DNA of 64,000 nt from Candidatus Enterousia sp. (GTDB lineage Bacteria; Pseudomonadota; Alphaproteobacteria; Rs-D84). Below the pieces are notes generated by a model. The model made no database searches, was not told the origin of the DNA, and saw only the letters and a list, made by a program, of their open reading frames with translations. Below, in pieces: positions 16,806-27,266 of the stretch. Within the stretch, counting starts at the first letter, position 1. Each line of letters opens with the position of its first letter. The stretch lies in NCBI GenBank assembly GCA_045613785.1, contig JAZLBQ010000012.1, positions 1 to 64,000 on the forward strand. The letters run 5' to 3'. Made by a program: the position numbers and the translations under genes.

Positions 16806-18425
16806 TTACATCATTCCTGGCATTCCACCGCCCATTTGTGGGGCAACTGTTTTTTCTTCTGGAATTTCTGTCATAACAGCCCCGGTGGTCAGCATAACAC
16901 CAGCGGTGCTGGCTGCTGCTGCGATTGCTGTTTTAACAACCTTGGCAGGGTCGATAATACCTGCTGCCATCATATCAACATATTCGCCAGTCTGGGCATT
17001 GTATCCAAAGTTATAATCTGTTGCTTCCATAACCTTGCCAACAACAATTTCGCCAGATACGCCTGCGTTTTCTGCAATCTGTGAACAAGGGGCAATAATC
17101 GCACGACGAACAATATCAATACCGACATCTTGGTCTGCGTTTGCACCATGAATATTTTTCAGTGCCGCCACAGCACGCACCAGTGCAATACCACCACCTG
17201 CGACAATTCCGTCTTCAACAGCGGCACGTGTTGCAGCCAATGCATCGTCAACACGATCCTTCTTTTCTTTTACTTCGACTTCGGTCATGCCACCAACCTT
17301 GATAACAGCGACCCCGCCGACTAATTTTGCCAATCTTTCTGACAGTTTTTCACGGTCATATTCGCTGGTTGATGCGGCAATAGCCACCCGGATTTCGTCA
17401 GCACGCGTGGCAATAGCGGATTTTTCGCCACCACCGTGTGCCAACAAGGTCGAATCTTTGGACACAACGACTTTTTTTGCACTGCCCAATACTGCCGGGG
17501 TAATATTTTCAAATGTCATACCCATATCATCACTGATAACAGTTGCACCTGTGACAATTGCGATATCTTTTAGCATTTCCTTGCGTCTGTCGCCAAATCC
17601 TGGGGCCTTGACTGCACAAACCTTCAATCCTCCACGCAAACGGTTCAGAACAAGTGTTGCCAACGCTTCGGATTCAACATCTTCTGCGATAATCAACAAT
17701 GGTTTGCCAGATTGTGCGATTGGTTCCAGTATAGGCAACAATGCCTGCAAACCTGTGATTTTCTTTTCAGAAACCAAGATTTGTGCACCGTCTAATTCAG
17801 CCAACATTTTTTCACTGTTTGTTACAAAGTATGGTGACATAAATCCCTGGTCAAACTGCATACCTTCGACGACATCGATTTCTGTGTCCAGACCCTTGGC
17901 TTCTTCGACAGTGATAACACCTTCTTTGCCGACACGTTCCATTGCGTTTGCAATTTTTTCTCCGATATCACGGTCGCTATTTGCAGAAATTGTTGCAACC
18001 TGTGCGATTTCTGCACTGTCCTTGACAGGGCGTGCATGCTTTTCGATATCGCTTATAACCGCCTCTGTTGCCAAATCAATACCACGCTTTACATCCATTG
18101 GGTTCATGCCGGCTGCAATCACACGACGACCTTCACGAATCAATTTTTGTGCCAATACTGTTGCGGTAGTTGTGCCATCGCCTGCATCGTCGCCTGCCTT
18201 TTTAGCAACTTCTTGCACCATACGTGCCCCAATATTTTCTGCGGGGTCTTTCAAAGACACTGCTTTGGCAACAGTAACACCGTCTTTTGTAGCAACGGGT
18301 GCACCATATGATTTTTCAATAACAACTGTCCGTCCTTTTGGACCCATAGTAATTTTTACAGCATCCGCCAATTTATCGACACCAGCGGCCATTTTATCTG
18401 TGTTGAAAACAATATCTTTTGCCAT
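16806..18425 (-). CDS. groL: Chaperonin GroEL
   Basis: [23 protein letters not shown] tail. Confidence 0.99.
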   Translation of the reverse strand: MAKDIVFNTDKMAAGVDKLADAVKITMGPKGRTVVIEKSYGAPVATKDGVTVAKAVSLKDPAENIGARMVQEVAKKAGDDAGDGTTTATVLAQKLIREGRRVIAAGMNPMDVKRGIDLATEAVISDIEKHARPVKDSAEIAQVATISANSDRDIGEKIANAMERVGKEGVITVEEAKGLDTEIDVVEGMQFDQGFMSPYFVTNSEKMLAELDGAQILVSEKKITGLQALLPILEPIAQSGKPLLIIAEDVESEALATLVLNRLRGGLKVCAVKAPGFGDRRKEMLKDIAIVTGATVISDDMGMTFENITPAVLGSAKKVVVSKDSTLLAHGGGEKSAIATRADEIRVAIAASTSEYDREKLSERLAKLVGGVAVIKVGGMTEVEVKEKKDRVDDALAATRAAVEDGIVAGGGIALVRAVAALKNIHGANADQDVGIDIVRRAIIAPCSQIAENAGVSGEIVVGKVMEATDYNFGYNAQTGEYVDMMAAGIIDPAKVVKTAIAAAASTAGVMLTTGAVMTEIPEEKTVAPQMGGGMPGMM

Positions 18426-18440
18426 AGTTGCAATCCTTTA

Positions 18441-18728
18441 TTATTCGATAATTCCTAAAATATCAGTTTCTTTGACCAAGACATAATCTTTGCCATCTAA
18501 TTTGATTTCATTTGCCGAAGGTGCCCATTTTGCAAACAAAACGACGTCGTTTTCTTTGACCGTCATTGGTGTTTGTTTGCCTTCATTGACCAGACCTTCG
18601 CCCACGGCAACGACCCGTGCCCGTGACGGCTTTTCTTTTGCGTTATCGGGGATAATGATTCCACCTGCTGTGATATTTTCTTCTTCGATTCTTTCCAGTA
18701 AAACATAATTATGCAAAGGTTTAAACAT
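18441..18728 (-). CDS. groS: Co-chaperonin GroES
   Basis: KPLHNYVL, GGIIIPDNAKEKP; upstream of groEL. Confidence 0.98.
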   Translation of the reverse strand: MFKPLHNYVLLERIEEENITAGGIIIPDNAKEKPSRARVVAVGEGLVNEGKQTPMTVKENDVVLFAKWAPSANEIKLDGKDYVLVKETDILGIIE

Positions 18729-18839
18729 AAATAAATCTCCTTTGATTTAAACCACGTATGATTGATATAGTCTGAATTTTATTGATTTCAAGTCCATATT
18801 TTAATATGCTAAATCTGAAACACAAGGGGAATAAAAACA

Positions 18840-19220
18840 ATGTATGACAATAATAATGTATTTGCGAAAATGGTTCGTGGTGAAATTCCAACGACCAAGG
18901 TTTATGAAAACGACTTTGCGATGTCGTTTTACGATATAAATCCGATGTTCCAGACCCACGTTTTGGTTATCCCCAAAGGGCCATATAAAAATATCCTAGA
19001 CTTTACCAAAAATGCAACCTCTGCGGAACAGACAGGGTTCTGGGAATGTTTTTCCAAGACTGCTGATAAGTTGGGTATAAAATGCGAATTTAATTGTTTG
19101 GCAAATGCCGGGGCGGATGCTCCATTTGTAAAGCAGTCTGTATTTCATTTTCATTTACATCTGGTTGCGGGGGCTAAAACCCAGGCGTTTAACAATTTAA
19201 TGTCGGAAATCAGTAGATGA
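18840..19220 (+). CDS. HIT family nucleotide hydrolase
   Basis: YDNNNVFAK start; QSVFHFHLH triad. Confidence 0.93.
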   Translation: MYDNNNVFAKMVRGEIPTTKVYENDFAMSFYDINPMFQTHVLVIPKGPYKNILDFTKNATSAEQTGFWECFSKTADKLGIKCEFNCLANAGADAPFVKQSVFHFHLHLVAGAKTQAFNNLMSEISR

Positions 19221-19435
19221 TCAGAATGTCCGTTCGTGTTATTCCACGTGCCAAACTAAATCGGGTTGAAGTTCAACCCGATGGCACAGTGCGTGTTCAT
19301 ACAACGACTGCACCCACGGACGGCAAGGCGACAGCGGACGTAATAAAAATGCTGGCAGAACACTATAATGTTCCCAAAACCAGCATTAAACTTGTCCGTG
19401 GTGGCACGTCCCGTGATAAAGTTTTTGAATTTTAA
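19217..19435 (+). CDS. DUF167/YggU family protein
   Basis: VRVIPRAK, APTDGKA, G.TSRDK. Confidence 0.9.
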   Translation: MIRMSVRVIPRAKLNRVEVQPDGTVRVHTTTAPTDGKATADVIKMLAEHYNVPKTSIKLVRGGTSRDKVFEF

Positions 19436-19983
19436 TATTTTAAAACCTGCTTTTTTAGTTCGGCTACGGTTTCTGCACTAAAAATATTATAGTTGTCTGT
19501 TTTTACGATAAACCCGTTCTTTTTCATGTGTTTCATCAATCTGGTCAACTGATTCCAAAAACCATTAGTGTTCAAAAAGAACAGCGGTTTATTCGTTTCG
19601 CCAATCTGTTGCATTGTTAAAATATCTGTTAGTTCATTTAACGTTCCGATTCCACCTGGTAAAATTATAAAAGCATCAGATTCATCGAACATAATTTGCT
19701 TGCGTTCATTTACGCCATCGACAACGTGAACATCAATTTCATCATGAGCAGGTTCTTGCATAGCGATAACATCATCTGTTGAAACACCGATTACTTCGCC
19801 ACCGTTTTTCAACGCCGCCGTTGCAACAGTTCCCATCAGACCAACGTCGCCCCCGCCAAAGACCATACGAATGCCATTTTTAGCCAGCATTCGTCCAACC
19901 GCCATTGCATCACGTTTGAATTGAGGGTCTGTTCCGAACTGGTGTCCGCAATACACAGCGATTGATTTTAAATTCCCTGCCAT
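19432..19983 (-). CDS. LOG family nucleotide phosphoribohydrolase (TIGR00730-like)
   Basis: GGGDVGLMG, LPGGIGTLNE. Confidence 0.92.
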   Translation of the reverse strand: MAGNLKSIAVYCGHQFGTDPQFKRDAMAVGRMLAKNGIRMVFGGGDVGLMGTVATAALKNGGEVIGVSTDDVIAMQEPAHDEIDVHVVDGVNERKQIMFDESDAFIILPGGIGTLNELTDILTMQQIGETNKPLFFLNTNGFWNQLTRLMKHMKKNGFIVKTDNYNIFSAETVAELKKQVLKY

Positions 19984-20030
19984 TTCTTTTTCCTTTATTT
20001 TTGCAAATTATATCATATCATACGCAGATA

Positions 20031-21026
20031 ATGAACGAAAAGTTTTTGGATTATGTTTGTAAATATTCTGGCCAGCACATTGCCGTTGCGGTCAGTGGTG
20101 GTGTTGATTCTGTATGCTTGTTGCATTGGTTGGCTGATTTAAAAATGAATATCACCGCATTGCATGTCAATCATCACTTGCGTCCATCTGCCGATACCGA
20201 GGCTGCATATGTTTCCGCACTGTGCCAAGACCTGGGGATTGGTTATTGTGGATTTGATTGGCTGGGCGACAAACCGGATTCAGGTCTAGAAGCCGCCGCA
20301 CGCAATGCTCGTTATCAGTTCATGACTGACTGGTGTCACGAAAATGGTGTTAGTGTCCTGATGGTTGCCCACCAGGCAGACGATCAAATTGAAACATTTC
20401 TAATGAACTTGTCTCGGGGCAGTGGGATTGATGGTCTGTCTGCGATGCGTCGTGAATCATATCGTGATGGAATTTTAATTGTTCGGCCGTTGTTGACAGT
20501 GTTTCGGTCTGAATTGATTGAATATTGCGACAATAATCGGATAAAATATTTTTCTGATGAAATGAATTTTGACGATAAATACACACGTGTAAAAATCCGT
20601 CAAAATCGCCATTTGCTGTCTGAAAAACTAGGGATTAGTGATAGTCGAATTTTGCTAGCGATTGATAATCTGTCCCGTGCCCGTGATGTCTTGGAATCAG
20701 ACGTCGACACACGGATTCGCAGTGTGTTATATGATAACTATGCATTATTTTCAGATTCTTTTCTATTTGACGTGCCACCCCATATTGGTTTAAAGTGCCT
20801 GGGAACGTTGATTAAAACCATTGGGGGGGGATTATATCAGCCACGCTTGAATTCGTTAAACTTTGCACTAAGTAAATTGAGCAAAAACTGTAAATTTACA
20901 TTGGGGCATTGCACAATTAGGCGATATAACGACCACATTTTGATTGTTCCCGAAGGTGAAAAAACAAGTATCAGGAAGAAAAATGAAAAAATTAAAAGAC
21001 TTCAAAAACAGCAAAAAAAACAATAA
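20031..21026 (+). CDS. tilS: tRNA(Ile)-lysidine synthase
   Basis: AVSGGVDS, ARNARY, AHQADDQIETF, RPLL. Confidence 0.95.
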   Translation: MNEKFLDYVCKYSGQHIAVAVSGGVDSVCLLHWLADLKMNITALHVNHHLRPSADTEAAYVSALCQDLGIGYCGFDWLGDKPDSGLEAAARNARYQFMTDWCHENGVSVLMVAHQADDQIETFLMNLSRGSGIDGLSAMRRESYRDGILIVRPLLTVFRSELIEYCDNNRIKYFSDEMNFDDKYTRVKIRQNRHLLSEKLGISDSRILLAIDNLSRARDVLESDVDTRIRSVLYDNYALFSDSFLFDVPPHIGLKCLGTLIKTIGGGLYQPRLNSLNFALSKLSKNCKFTLGHCTIRRYNDHILIVPEGEKTSIRKKNEKIKRLQKQQKKQ

Positions 21027-22920
21027 TTCTTTGAACAAAAAGCGTGATGGCGCATCGTGGTTGTTGATGATTTTCGGGGCGGTATTTCTTGCCTTGGCTG
21101 CCCGTGCATTTTTGTTTGGTGGTTTTAGTGGCAATGGTATTGCACCCGGCTTGCAAAAACCTGCGACAATAACACGTCCTGTTGAATTGTCATTTTCTGA
21201 TGTTTTGCGTCGTGCACCTGATATCAAGACAATGAAAATCAATGGCAACAGTGCAACTGGCACACTGGCAGATGGAACCAAGTATAATGCGACAATTACG
21301 TATGATCCTGAAATGCTGGCACGCTTATCTGAATCTGGCACGTCTATTACAATTGATACATCAAAATCGTGGCTAGAAAGCATCGCGACCTTTGCACCAT
21401 TGGTTTTGACATTGTTGTTTATTTTCTGGATATTTCGTGGTTTTCGTCGTGGTGGGGCAGGTGGTCTTAGTCGCAGCCTGGTTGGGCAAAATCCGACCAA
21501 GATTGCCACAGGCAAGCCCAAGACAACATTTGCAGACGTTGCTGGCATTGAATCAGAAAAGCAAGAATTGTCTGAAATAGTAGATTTCTTGAAGAACAAG
21601 GATAAATATAAGTCTTTGGGGGCTCGTGTTCCACGTGGTGTTTTGCTGTCTGGTCAGCCGGGAACGGGTAAGACTTTACTTGCACGTGCGATTGCAGGCG
21701 AAGCGAATGTTCCTTTCTTTGCAGCATCTGGTTCTGATTTTTCAGGGATTATTGTTGGGCTTGGTGTGGCAAAAATCAAAGAAATTTTTGAAATGGCAAA
21801 ACGCAATGCCCCATGCATACTGTTTATTGATGAAATTGACGCAATTGGGCAAAAGCGTTCGGTTCATTCCTATAATGACCAAGACCGTGAACAGACTTTG
21901 AATCAATTGTTGATTGAAATGGACGGTTTTGCGAATGACACAGGGATTATAGTAATTGGTGCAACAAATCGTGTTGATATGTTGGATGCGGCCTTGTTGC
22001 GTCCGGGTCGCTTTGATCGTCAGGTTTACATTGAATTGCCAGACATGGCTGGTCGTCGTGAAATCTTGGATTTGTATGCCAAACGTGTAAAAATGGATTC
22101 AAGCGTAAACTTGCAAGACATTGCCCGTGGCACAACTGGTTTTTCTGGTGCAGACTTGGAAAATCTGTTGAACGAAGCCGCCTTGCATGCAGTTCGCAAC
22201 GGTCGCACAGAAATATCCCCGGACGACATCGAAGAAGCCCGTGATAAAATCATAATGGGACCACGCAAGGTTCGCAAAATGCGTCCTCAGGATATAAAAT
22301 TGACCGCATATCACGAAGCGGGACATGCCTTTGTCAGTCTGATTTACGAAGATGTTGCCGACCCAATTCACAAGGCGACAATTATCCCACGTGGTCGTGC
22401 CTTGGGTATGGTTCAGCATCTTCCGATTGATGACAAGGTTTCAATGACCCTGGCCGAAGTTCGTGCCAATCTGTCAATTGCATTGGCTGGCCGCAGTGCC
22501 GAAGAAATATTCTTTGGTTCAGACCAAATCACCACGGGTGCCGAAAGTGATATCGCAATGGCGACACGTCTGGCTCGTTATTCGATTACAACTGCTGGTT
22601 TGTCATCACGTGTTGGTCTGCCTGCTATAAACCAGGTCGGCACATTTGGAACGCACAGTGCATTGGAAAATGCGTCTGAAAAGACAGCGGAAATCGTTGA
22701 TAATGAAATCAAGGCTTGGCTGGACGCAGCCCACGCAGATGCAACTAAATTGCTGACAAAAAATAAAAAGACAGTTGAAAAACTGGCAAATGAATTGTTG
22801 AACCGTGAAACCTTGACTGGTGCCGAAATCCGTGAAATTGTTTTTGGCAAGTCGGGCAAGAAGCCGTCAACACGCCAGCCAAAGAAAAACACAAATGCAA
22901 CAAAAACTAAAAAACAATAA
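20983..22920 (+). CDS. ftsH: ATP-dependent zinc metalloprotease FtsH
   Basis: Two TMs; GQPGTGKT, FIDEID, RPGRFDR, HEAGH. Confidence 0.97.
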   Translation: MKKLKDFKNSKKNNNSLNKKRDGASWLLMIFGAVFLALAARAFLFGGFSGNGIAPGLQKPATITRPVELSFSDVLRRAPDIKTMKINGNSATGTLADGTKYNATITYDPEMLARLSESGTSITIDTSKSWLESIATFAPLVLTLLFIFWIFRGFRRGGAGGLSRSLVGQNPTKIATGKPKTTFADVAGIESEKQELSEIVDFLKNKDKYKSLGARVPRGVLLSGQPGTGKTLLARAIAGEANVPFFAASGSDFSGIIVGLGVAKIKEIFEMAKRNAPCILFIDEIDAIGQKRSVHSYNDQDREQTLNQLLIEMDGFANDTGIIVIGATNRVDMLDAALLRPGRFDRQVYIELPDMAGRREILDLYAKRVKMDSSVNLQDIARGTTGFSGADLENLLNEAALHAVRNGRTEISPDDIEEARDKIIMGPRKVRKMRPQDIKLTAYHEAGHAFVSLIYEDVADPIHKATIIPRGRALGMVQHLPIDDKVSMTLAEVRANLSIALAGRSAEEIFFGSDQITTGAESDIAMATRLARYSITTAGLSSRVGLPAINQVGTFGTHSALENASEKTAEIVDNEIKAWLDAAHADATKLLTKNKKTVEKLANELLNRETLTGAEIREIVFGKSGKKPSTRQPKKNTNATKTKKQ

Positions 22921-23545
22921 ATTTGAATTGCTGCAAATGTCGCCCCAAAACACCCAATCTGTGATTGTGGTTTCTGGGGCTGATTGTGTGATTTTTGACC
23001 CATGGGGGCATGCTGATGATTGGGAACGGTTGCTGACGGAACGTAATCTGAATTTACGTGCAGTTTATATAACTCACGGTCATCCTGATCACATTGCTGC
23101 TGCACCAAAACTGGCAAAAAAATATAATGTTCCATGGTTTTTGCACAGTGGGGATTTTCGTCTGGTTGGCTGGGGGAATGACTTGCTGACATACTTTGGT
23201 TTGCCACCAATCACATTGACTGACGTTCGTCCAACAGTGTTGGAAATCGGGCGAACAGAAATTTTACCAGATGTTTTTATGGATATTTATGAAACACCGG
23301 GGCATACGCCTGGTGGTGTTGCTTATCATTTCCCAGACCAAGAAATTATGCTGATTGGCGATACCTTGTTCCAAGAGTCTTATGGTCGTTACGATTTGCC
23401 AGGGGGTGATGAAAAAATGCTAATGCAATCAATTGCAGCCATTTATAATTTGAATCTGCCCGACAATACAACGGTTGTTCATGGGCACGGTTCTGCAACG
23501 ACGATTGGTTGGCTAAAACAACATAACCCATTTTTTCATAAATAA
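22895..23545 (+). CDS. MBL-fold metallo-hydrolase (glyoxalase II-like)
   Basis: THGHPDH, TPGHTPG, GDTLF, HGHG. Confidence 0.92.
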   Translation: MQQKLKNNKFELLQMSPQNTQSVIVVSGADCVIFDPWGHADDWERLLTERNLNLRAVYITHGHPDHIAAAPKLAKKYNVPWFLHSGDFRLVGWGNDLLTYFGLPPITLTDVRPTVLEIGRTEILPDVFMDIYETPGHTPGGVAYHFPDQEIMLIGDTLFQESYGRYDLPGGDEKMLMQSIAAIYNLNLPDNTTVVHGHGSATTIGWLKQHNPFFHK

Positions 23546-23573
23546 AAAAAAGCCCCGTTTGGGGCAGTTTTTT

Positions 23574-24299
23574 TTATTTTAACTTTTTCGTCCACTCGTT
23601 GTCTGGGAAATTCAGTTTTAACATTTCTGAATACCCATTTACCTGTTCTGGTAATCCGATTGCAGTATATGCCTCGGTCAGGCGAAACATAGCCTCTGGC
23701 GTCATAACAGTTTCTTGGGCGTCCGTGACAATTGATTGCAGACGACCGATTGCACTGGGCCAATTTTCTTTTTTCATATCATTGCGTGCTGCAAACATAA
23801 CCTTGCCAGCGATATAGTTTTTCAAGATGATAATTTTGTTTTCTGCATTTTTTGCGTATTCGCTGTTTGGGAAACGCTGAACCAAAGTCTGGAATTGTTG
23901 TAATGCATATGCAGACATTCCTGGTTCACGACGGACATCGCTGACCTGGCGATAATAGCACATTCCACGCAGATACATTACATATGGAACGTCTTTGTGG
24001 CCTGGGTGAAAACGCATAAATCGGTCAGTTGCCAAAATTGCACCTGCAAAATCCTCGTCCACATAGTGTGAATATGCCGCCATAATCAATGCGTCTGCCG
24101 CCCATGGACTGGCAGGGTGTTGATTTTCTGCCTTTAAAAATTCCATTGCGGCTTCTTCGTAATTTTCATTATTAAATTCATCGTATGCAGTCGCATAAAT
24201 TTCAGGCAGTGTTTTGTCTGCAACAATTTCGTTGTCCGAGCCTGCACACGCCCCCAGTGTAAAAGCTGCACATAACAATAACAAGATTTGTTTTTTCAT
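23574..24299 (-). CDS. bamD: Outer membrane protein assembly factor BamD
   Basis: Lipobox LGAC; TPR pattern, RF...HP...DVPY..YL, RFPNSEYA. Confidence 0.93.
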   Translation of the reverse strand: MKKQILLLLCAAFTLGACAGSDNEIVADKTLPEIYATAYDEFNNENYEEAAMEFLKAENQHPASPWAADALIMAAYSHYVDEDFAGAILATDRFMRFHPGHKDVPYVMYLRGMCYYRQVSDVRREPGMSAYALQQFQTLVQRFPNSEYAKNAENKIIILKNYIAGKVMFAARNDMKKENWPSAIGRLQSIVTDAQETVMTPEAMFRLTEAYTAIGLPEQVNGYSEMLKLNFPDNEWTKKLK

Positions 24300-24351
24300 C
24301 TAAATATTCCTGTCTTGATTTTTATTTGCATAACGCAGTATAATCTAAACT

Positions 24352-25812
24352 ATGAAACTAGGCAAACATATTTTCGGGGTTGGTGCTATGACTGGTATCA
24401 GCCGTATATTTGGATTTATTCGTGATATGCTGATTGCACGGGTCTTGGGGGCAGGGCGATTGTCTGACATATTTTTCGCTGCGTTCAAGTTGCCTAACTT
24501 ATTCCGTGATTTATTGGGCGAGGGTGCATTGTCGGTGATTTTTATCCCGATGTATACAGATTCTAACAAAGACGAAAATTTTGCCCGCAATGTGTTTTCG
24601 TGGTTGATGGTTGTTCTTTTGGGGATAACGATACTGTTTGAAATCTTTATGCCATTGGTCGTTTGGGGATTAGCACCTGGGTTTGAAGCAACGCCTGGCA
24701 AGATGGAATTGACGGTTTTAATTTCTCGAATAATGTTTGTTTATGTTATATTTGTGTGTGGGGCTGCATTTTTATCAGCAATATTAAATGCTTTTTCACG
24801 ATTTTTATTGGCTGCATTTATGCCGGTGCTACTGAACATAATGTTGATATGTGCATTGCTGATAGCGATGTTTTTCGGGTCTGAAAACGTTCTATTTATG
24901 ATTGCAGGCACAGTTGTCTTGTCAGGCGTGATTCAGTTTTGTATTTTGTGGTCTAGAATTCGTCGTCGCCATTTTGGACTGCACCTGGTGCGACCACGCT
25001 GGACGCCTGGGATAAAAAGTCTGTTTAAACGCCTAGGGGTCAGTATTGTTGGCAGTGGTTTTTATCAGATTACCATAATTCTTGGTACACTGGTGGCCAG
25101 TTTTCAAAGTGGTGCTGTTTCTTGGTTGTATTATTCTGACAGAATTGTCCAGTTGCCATTTGCGATGATTGGTTTGGCGGTTGGAACGGTGCTGATGTCA
25201 TCTATTTCAAATGCGTTGTCTGAAAAGAATATTCGCAGTGTTTATATTCAGCAAAATTCATCGCTACGTCGTTCAATGATGTTGATATTGCCGTGCGTTG
25301 CAGGTTTGGTTGTTCTGGCACATCCTATAATAAAATACCTGTTTGAGTATGGTGCATGGACATCAACGGCGACCCACGCTGTTGCCCTTGCAATTCAGAT
25401 TCAGGCATTTGTTCTGCCTGCAATGCTAATCAGCCAAATATACAGTAAAACCTTGTATGCGTCACAAGATGTCAAGACACCTGTCAGCACCAGCATAAAA
25501 TCACTTGCTGCGGCATCTGTGTTGTATTTAACACTGTTCCCATTTGTTGGCTATCTGGCAATACCAATTGGCGTTGTGGTCAGTGGTTATTTGAAAAACT
25601 ATCTGTTGGGGCGTGCGTGCCGTCGTTGTCAATTGGTTCATCACGACAAACGAACTGTTCGCTCGGTTATATGCTTTGGGGTCTGGGCTGCAGTCTTAGG
25701 GGTTGCGATGTCGTTTGTTCCTGTGACCAGTATTTGGGTTTTGGGTGCATTGATTGCAGGCTATGGTGTGCTGTATTTGCCTGTTGCATATTTAATAGAC
25801 CGTCGTATTTAA
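24352..25812 (+). CDS. murJ: Lipid II flippase MurJ
   Basis: SRIFGFIRD, AFKLPNLFR, YYSDRIVQLP. Confidence 0.95.
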   Translation: MKLGKHIFGVGAMTGISRIFGFIRDMLIARVLGAGRLSDIFFAAFKLPNLFRDLLGEGALSVIFIPMYTDSNKDENFARNVFSWLMVVLLGITILFEIFMPLVVWGLAPGFEATPGKMELTVLISRIMFVYVIFVCGAAFLSAILNAFSRFLLAAFMPVLLNIMLICALLIAMFFGSENVLFMIAGTVVLSGVIQFCILWSRIRRRHFGLHLVRPRWTPGIKSLFKRLGVSIVGSGFYQITIILGTLVASFQSGAVSWLYYSDRIVQLPFAMIGLAVGTVLMSSISNALSEKNIRSVYIQQNSSLRRSMMLILPCVAGLVVLAHPIIKYLFEYGAWTSTATHAVALAIQIQAFVLPAMLISQIYSKTLYASQDVKTPVSTSIKSLAAASVLYLTLFPFVGYLAIPIGVVVSGYLKNYLLGRACRRCQLVHHDKRTVRSVICFGVWAAVLGVAMSFVPVTSIWVLGALIAGYGVLYLPVAYLIDRRI

Positions 25813-25893
25813 CTATCTAAAATAAATTTGAAACTGGGCTTGTTTTATGATAAAATACAAATCATAAGATAAGAATGTAAGGAGTCCCAGAAA

Positions 25894-26787
25894 ATGAAAA
25901 AACTTATTTCCTTGGCGGCATTGACCGCAATATTGGCGGGTTGTGCCGACCTTAGTGGCACTGGCAACAATACAAATTATGCAGATGGTTTTGGTGAAGA
26001 ACCATTGGCTGGTGCACCGGTGCAGAGTTTAAATGATTCATATTTGTTGGCGGCTGCCCCTAAATATTATGTTGGCACTGCTTACAAAGTTGACGATGTT
26101 CAATATATCCCAGTTGAAGATTTGACATATAATCAGACGGGGATTGCTGGTATAATTCCTGCGGAATTAAACGGCACAAAAACCAGCAATGGTGAAGTTT
26201 TTGATGTAAACCAAATGGTTGCGACCAGCAAAACATTACCATTGCCAACGATTGCACGTGTAACAAACTTGGGTAATGGCCAGTCTGTTGTTGTTCGTGT
26301 AAACAATCGTGGCCCATTTGTAAATACACGTTTGATGGATTTGTCGCCTGCTGCGGCACAAAAAATTGGTTTGAATGGCCAGGGCAAGATTCAGATTCAG
26401 GTCTTGGGCGAAGAAACAATCGCTGTCAAGAACGCAACATTGGGTGCGATGACCCCAGCGGTTGCAGAACCAGCACCAGTTGTTGAAGCAGCCCCAGTGG
26501 CTCAGCCAGTTCAGGTTGCAGAACCTGTTGCTGCTGCCCCAGTAGCCGGCGATTACAGTGTCCAGGTTGCCGCATTTTATGCACAAGATAGTGCGGATTC
26601 GTTGGCACAGCGTATGAAAACATATGGTGATGCAGTGGTTGTAAACGAAGGCGATATGTTCAAAGTGCGTATTGTGAACTTGAATGCTGCCCAGGCACGT
26701 GGTGTTATTGATGCCCTGCGTAGCAATGAGGGTATGGCACCAGGTCTATTGAAAAATGGACGTTGGGTAAACGCTGACAGTATTTAA
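25894..26787 (+). CDS. rlpA: Septal ring lytic transglycosylase RlpA family lipoprotein with SPOR domain
   Basis: Lipobox LAGC; KTLPLPTIARVTN, VRVNNRGPF; VQVAAF SPOR-like domain. Confidence 0.9.
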   Translation: MKKLISLAALTAILAGCADLSGTGNNTNYADGFGEEPLAGAPVQSLNDSYLLAAAPKYYVGTAYKVDDVQYIPVEDLTYNQTGIAGIIPAELNGTKTSNGEVFDVNQMVATSKTLPLPTIARVTNLGNGQSVVVRVNNRGPFVNTRLMDLSPAAAQKIGLNGQGKIQIQVLGEETIAVKNATLGAMTPAVAEPAPVVEAAPVAQPVQVAEPVAAAPVAGDYSVQVAAFYAQDSADSLAQRMKTYGDAVVVNEGDMFKVRIVNLNAAQARGVIDALRSNEGMAPGLLKNGRWVNADSI

Positions 26788-26788
26788 T

Positions 26789-26815
26789 AAAAATCCCCCG
26801 TTTGGGGGATTTTTA
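26789..26815. terminator. Bidirectional terminator
   Basis: AAAAATCCCCC-GTTT-GGGGGATTTTT. Confidence 0.85.
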
Positions 26816-27262
26816 TTATCTGGCTTTCTGATATGTGGTTGCACGTGGCAATTGGTTTTTTATTCTTGTGATAACTATACCGGGTCTTGCTTCATTGACG
26901 CCTGTAAAGCGATTTTTTATTCCACGATCGATATCCACGCTTTGGCTGGCTTTATACAGTGTCAGCAACACATCATAGAAAAATGTATTTTTTGCCATCA
27001 TGCTGGCATAGTGTGGATTTTTAAGCAGTTCAATGACGTGGCTGGTCACGTCGTCTGCAAATCTTCCAGTCAAGGCTTGTTCTGTCATCATATTTTGTTC
27101 CATTTGACAAAACAGGTCTGCCATCTTATGCATACTACTAGTAAATTCCTTGCTAATAGGGAACGATGCAATACTGTCGCCCAGAATGCGTCGCACCCGG
27201 CAGAAAATATCTTTTAGTGCTATAATATATTTTTCGCTATCGCTTAGTTGTAAATTAGACAT
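26816..27262 (-). CDS. Hypothetical protein ending QKAR
   Basis: Start MSNLQ 4 bp after the dcd stop; 148 aa. Confidence 0.75.
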   Translation of the reverse strand: MSNLQLSDSEKYIIALKDIFCRVRRILGDSIASFPISKEFTSSMHKMADLFCQMEQNMMTEQALTGRFADDVTSHVIELLKNPHYASMMAKNTFFYDVLLTLYKASQSVDIDRGIKNRFTGVNEARPGIVITRIKNQLPRATTYQKAR

Positions 27263-27266
27263 ATTT

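Noticed and set aside
17287-18486. 399-aa ORF antisense to groEL (and similar antisense ORFs over alaS, ligA and ftsH)
   Set aside because: Shadow frames caused by codon bias of strongly conserved genes on the opposite strand.
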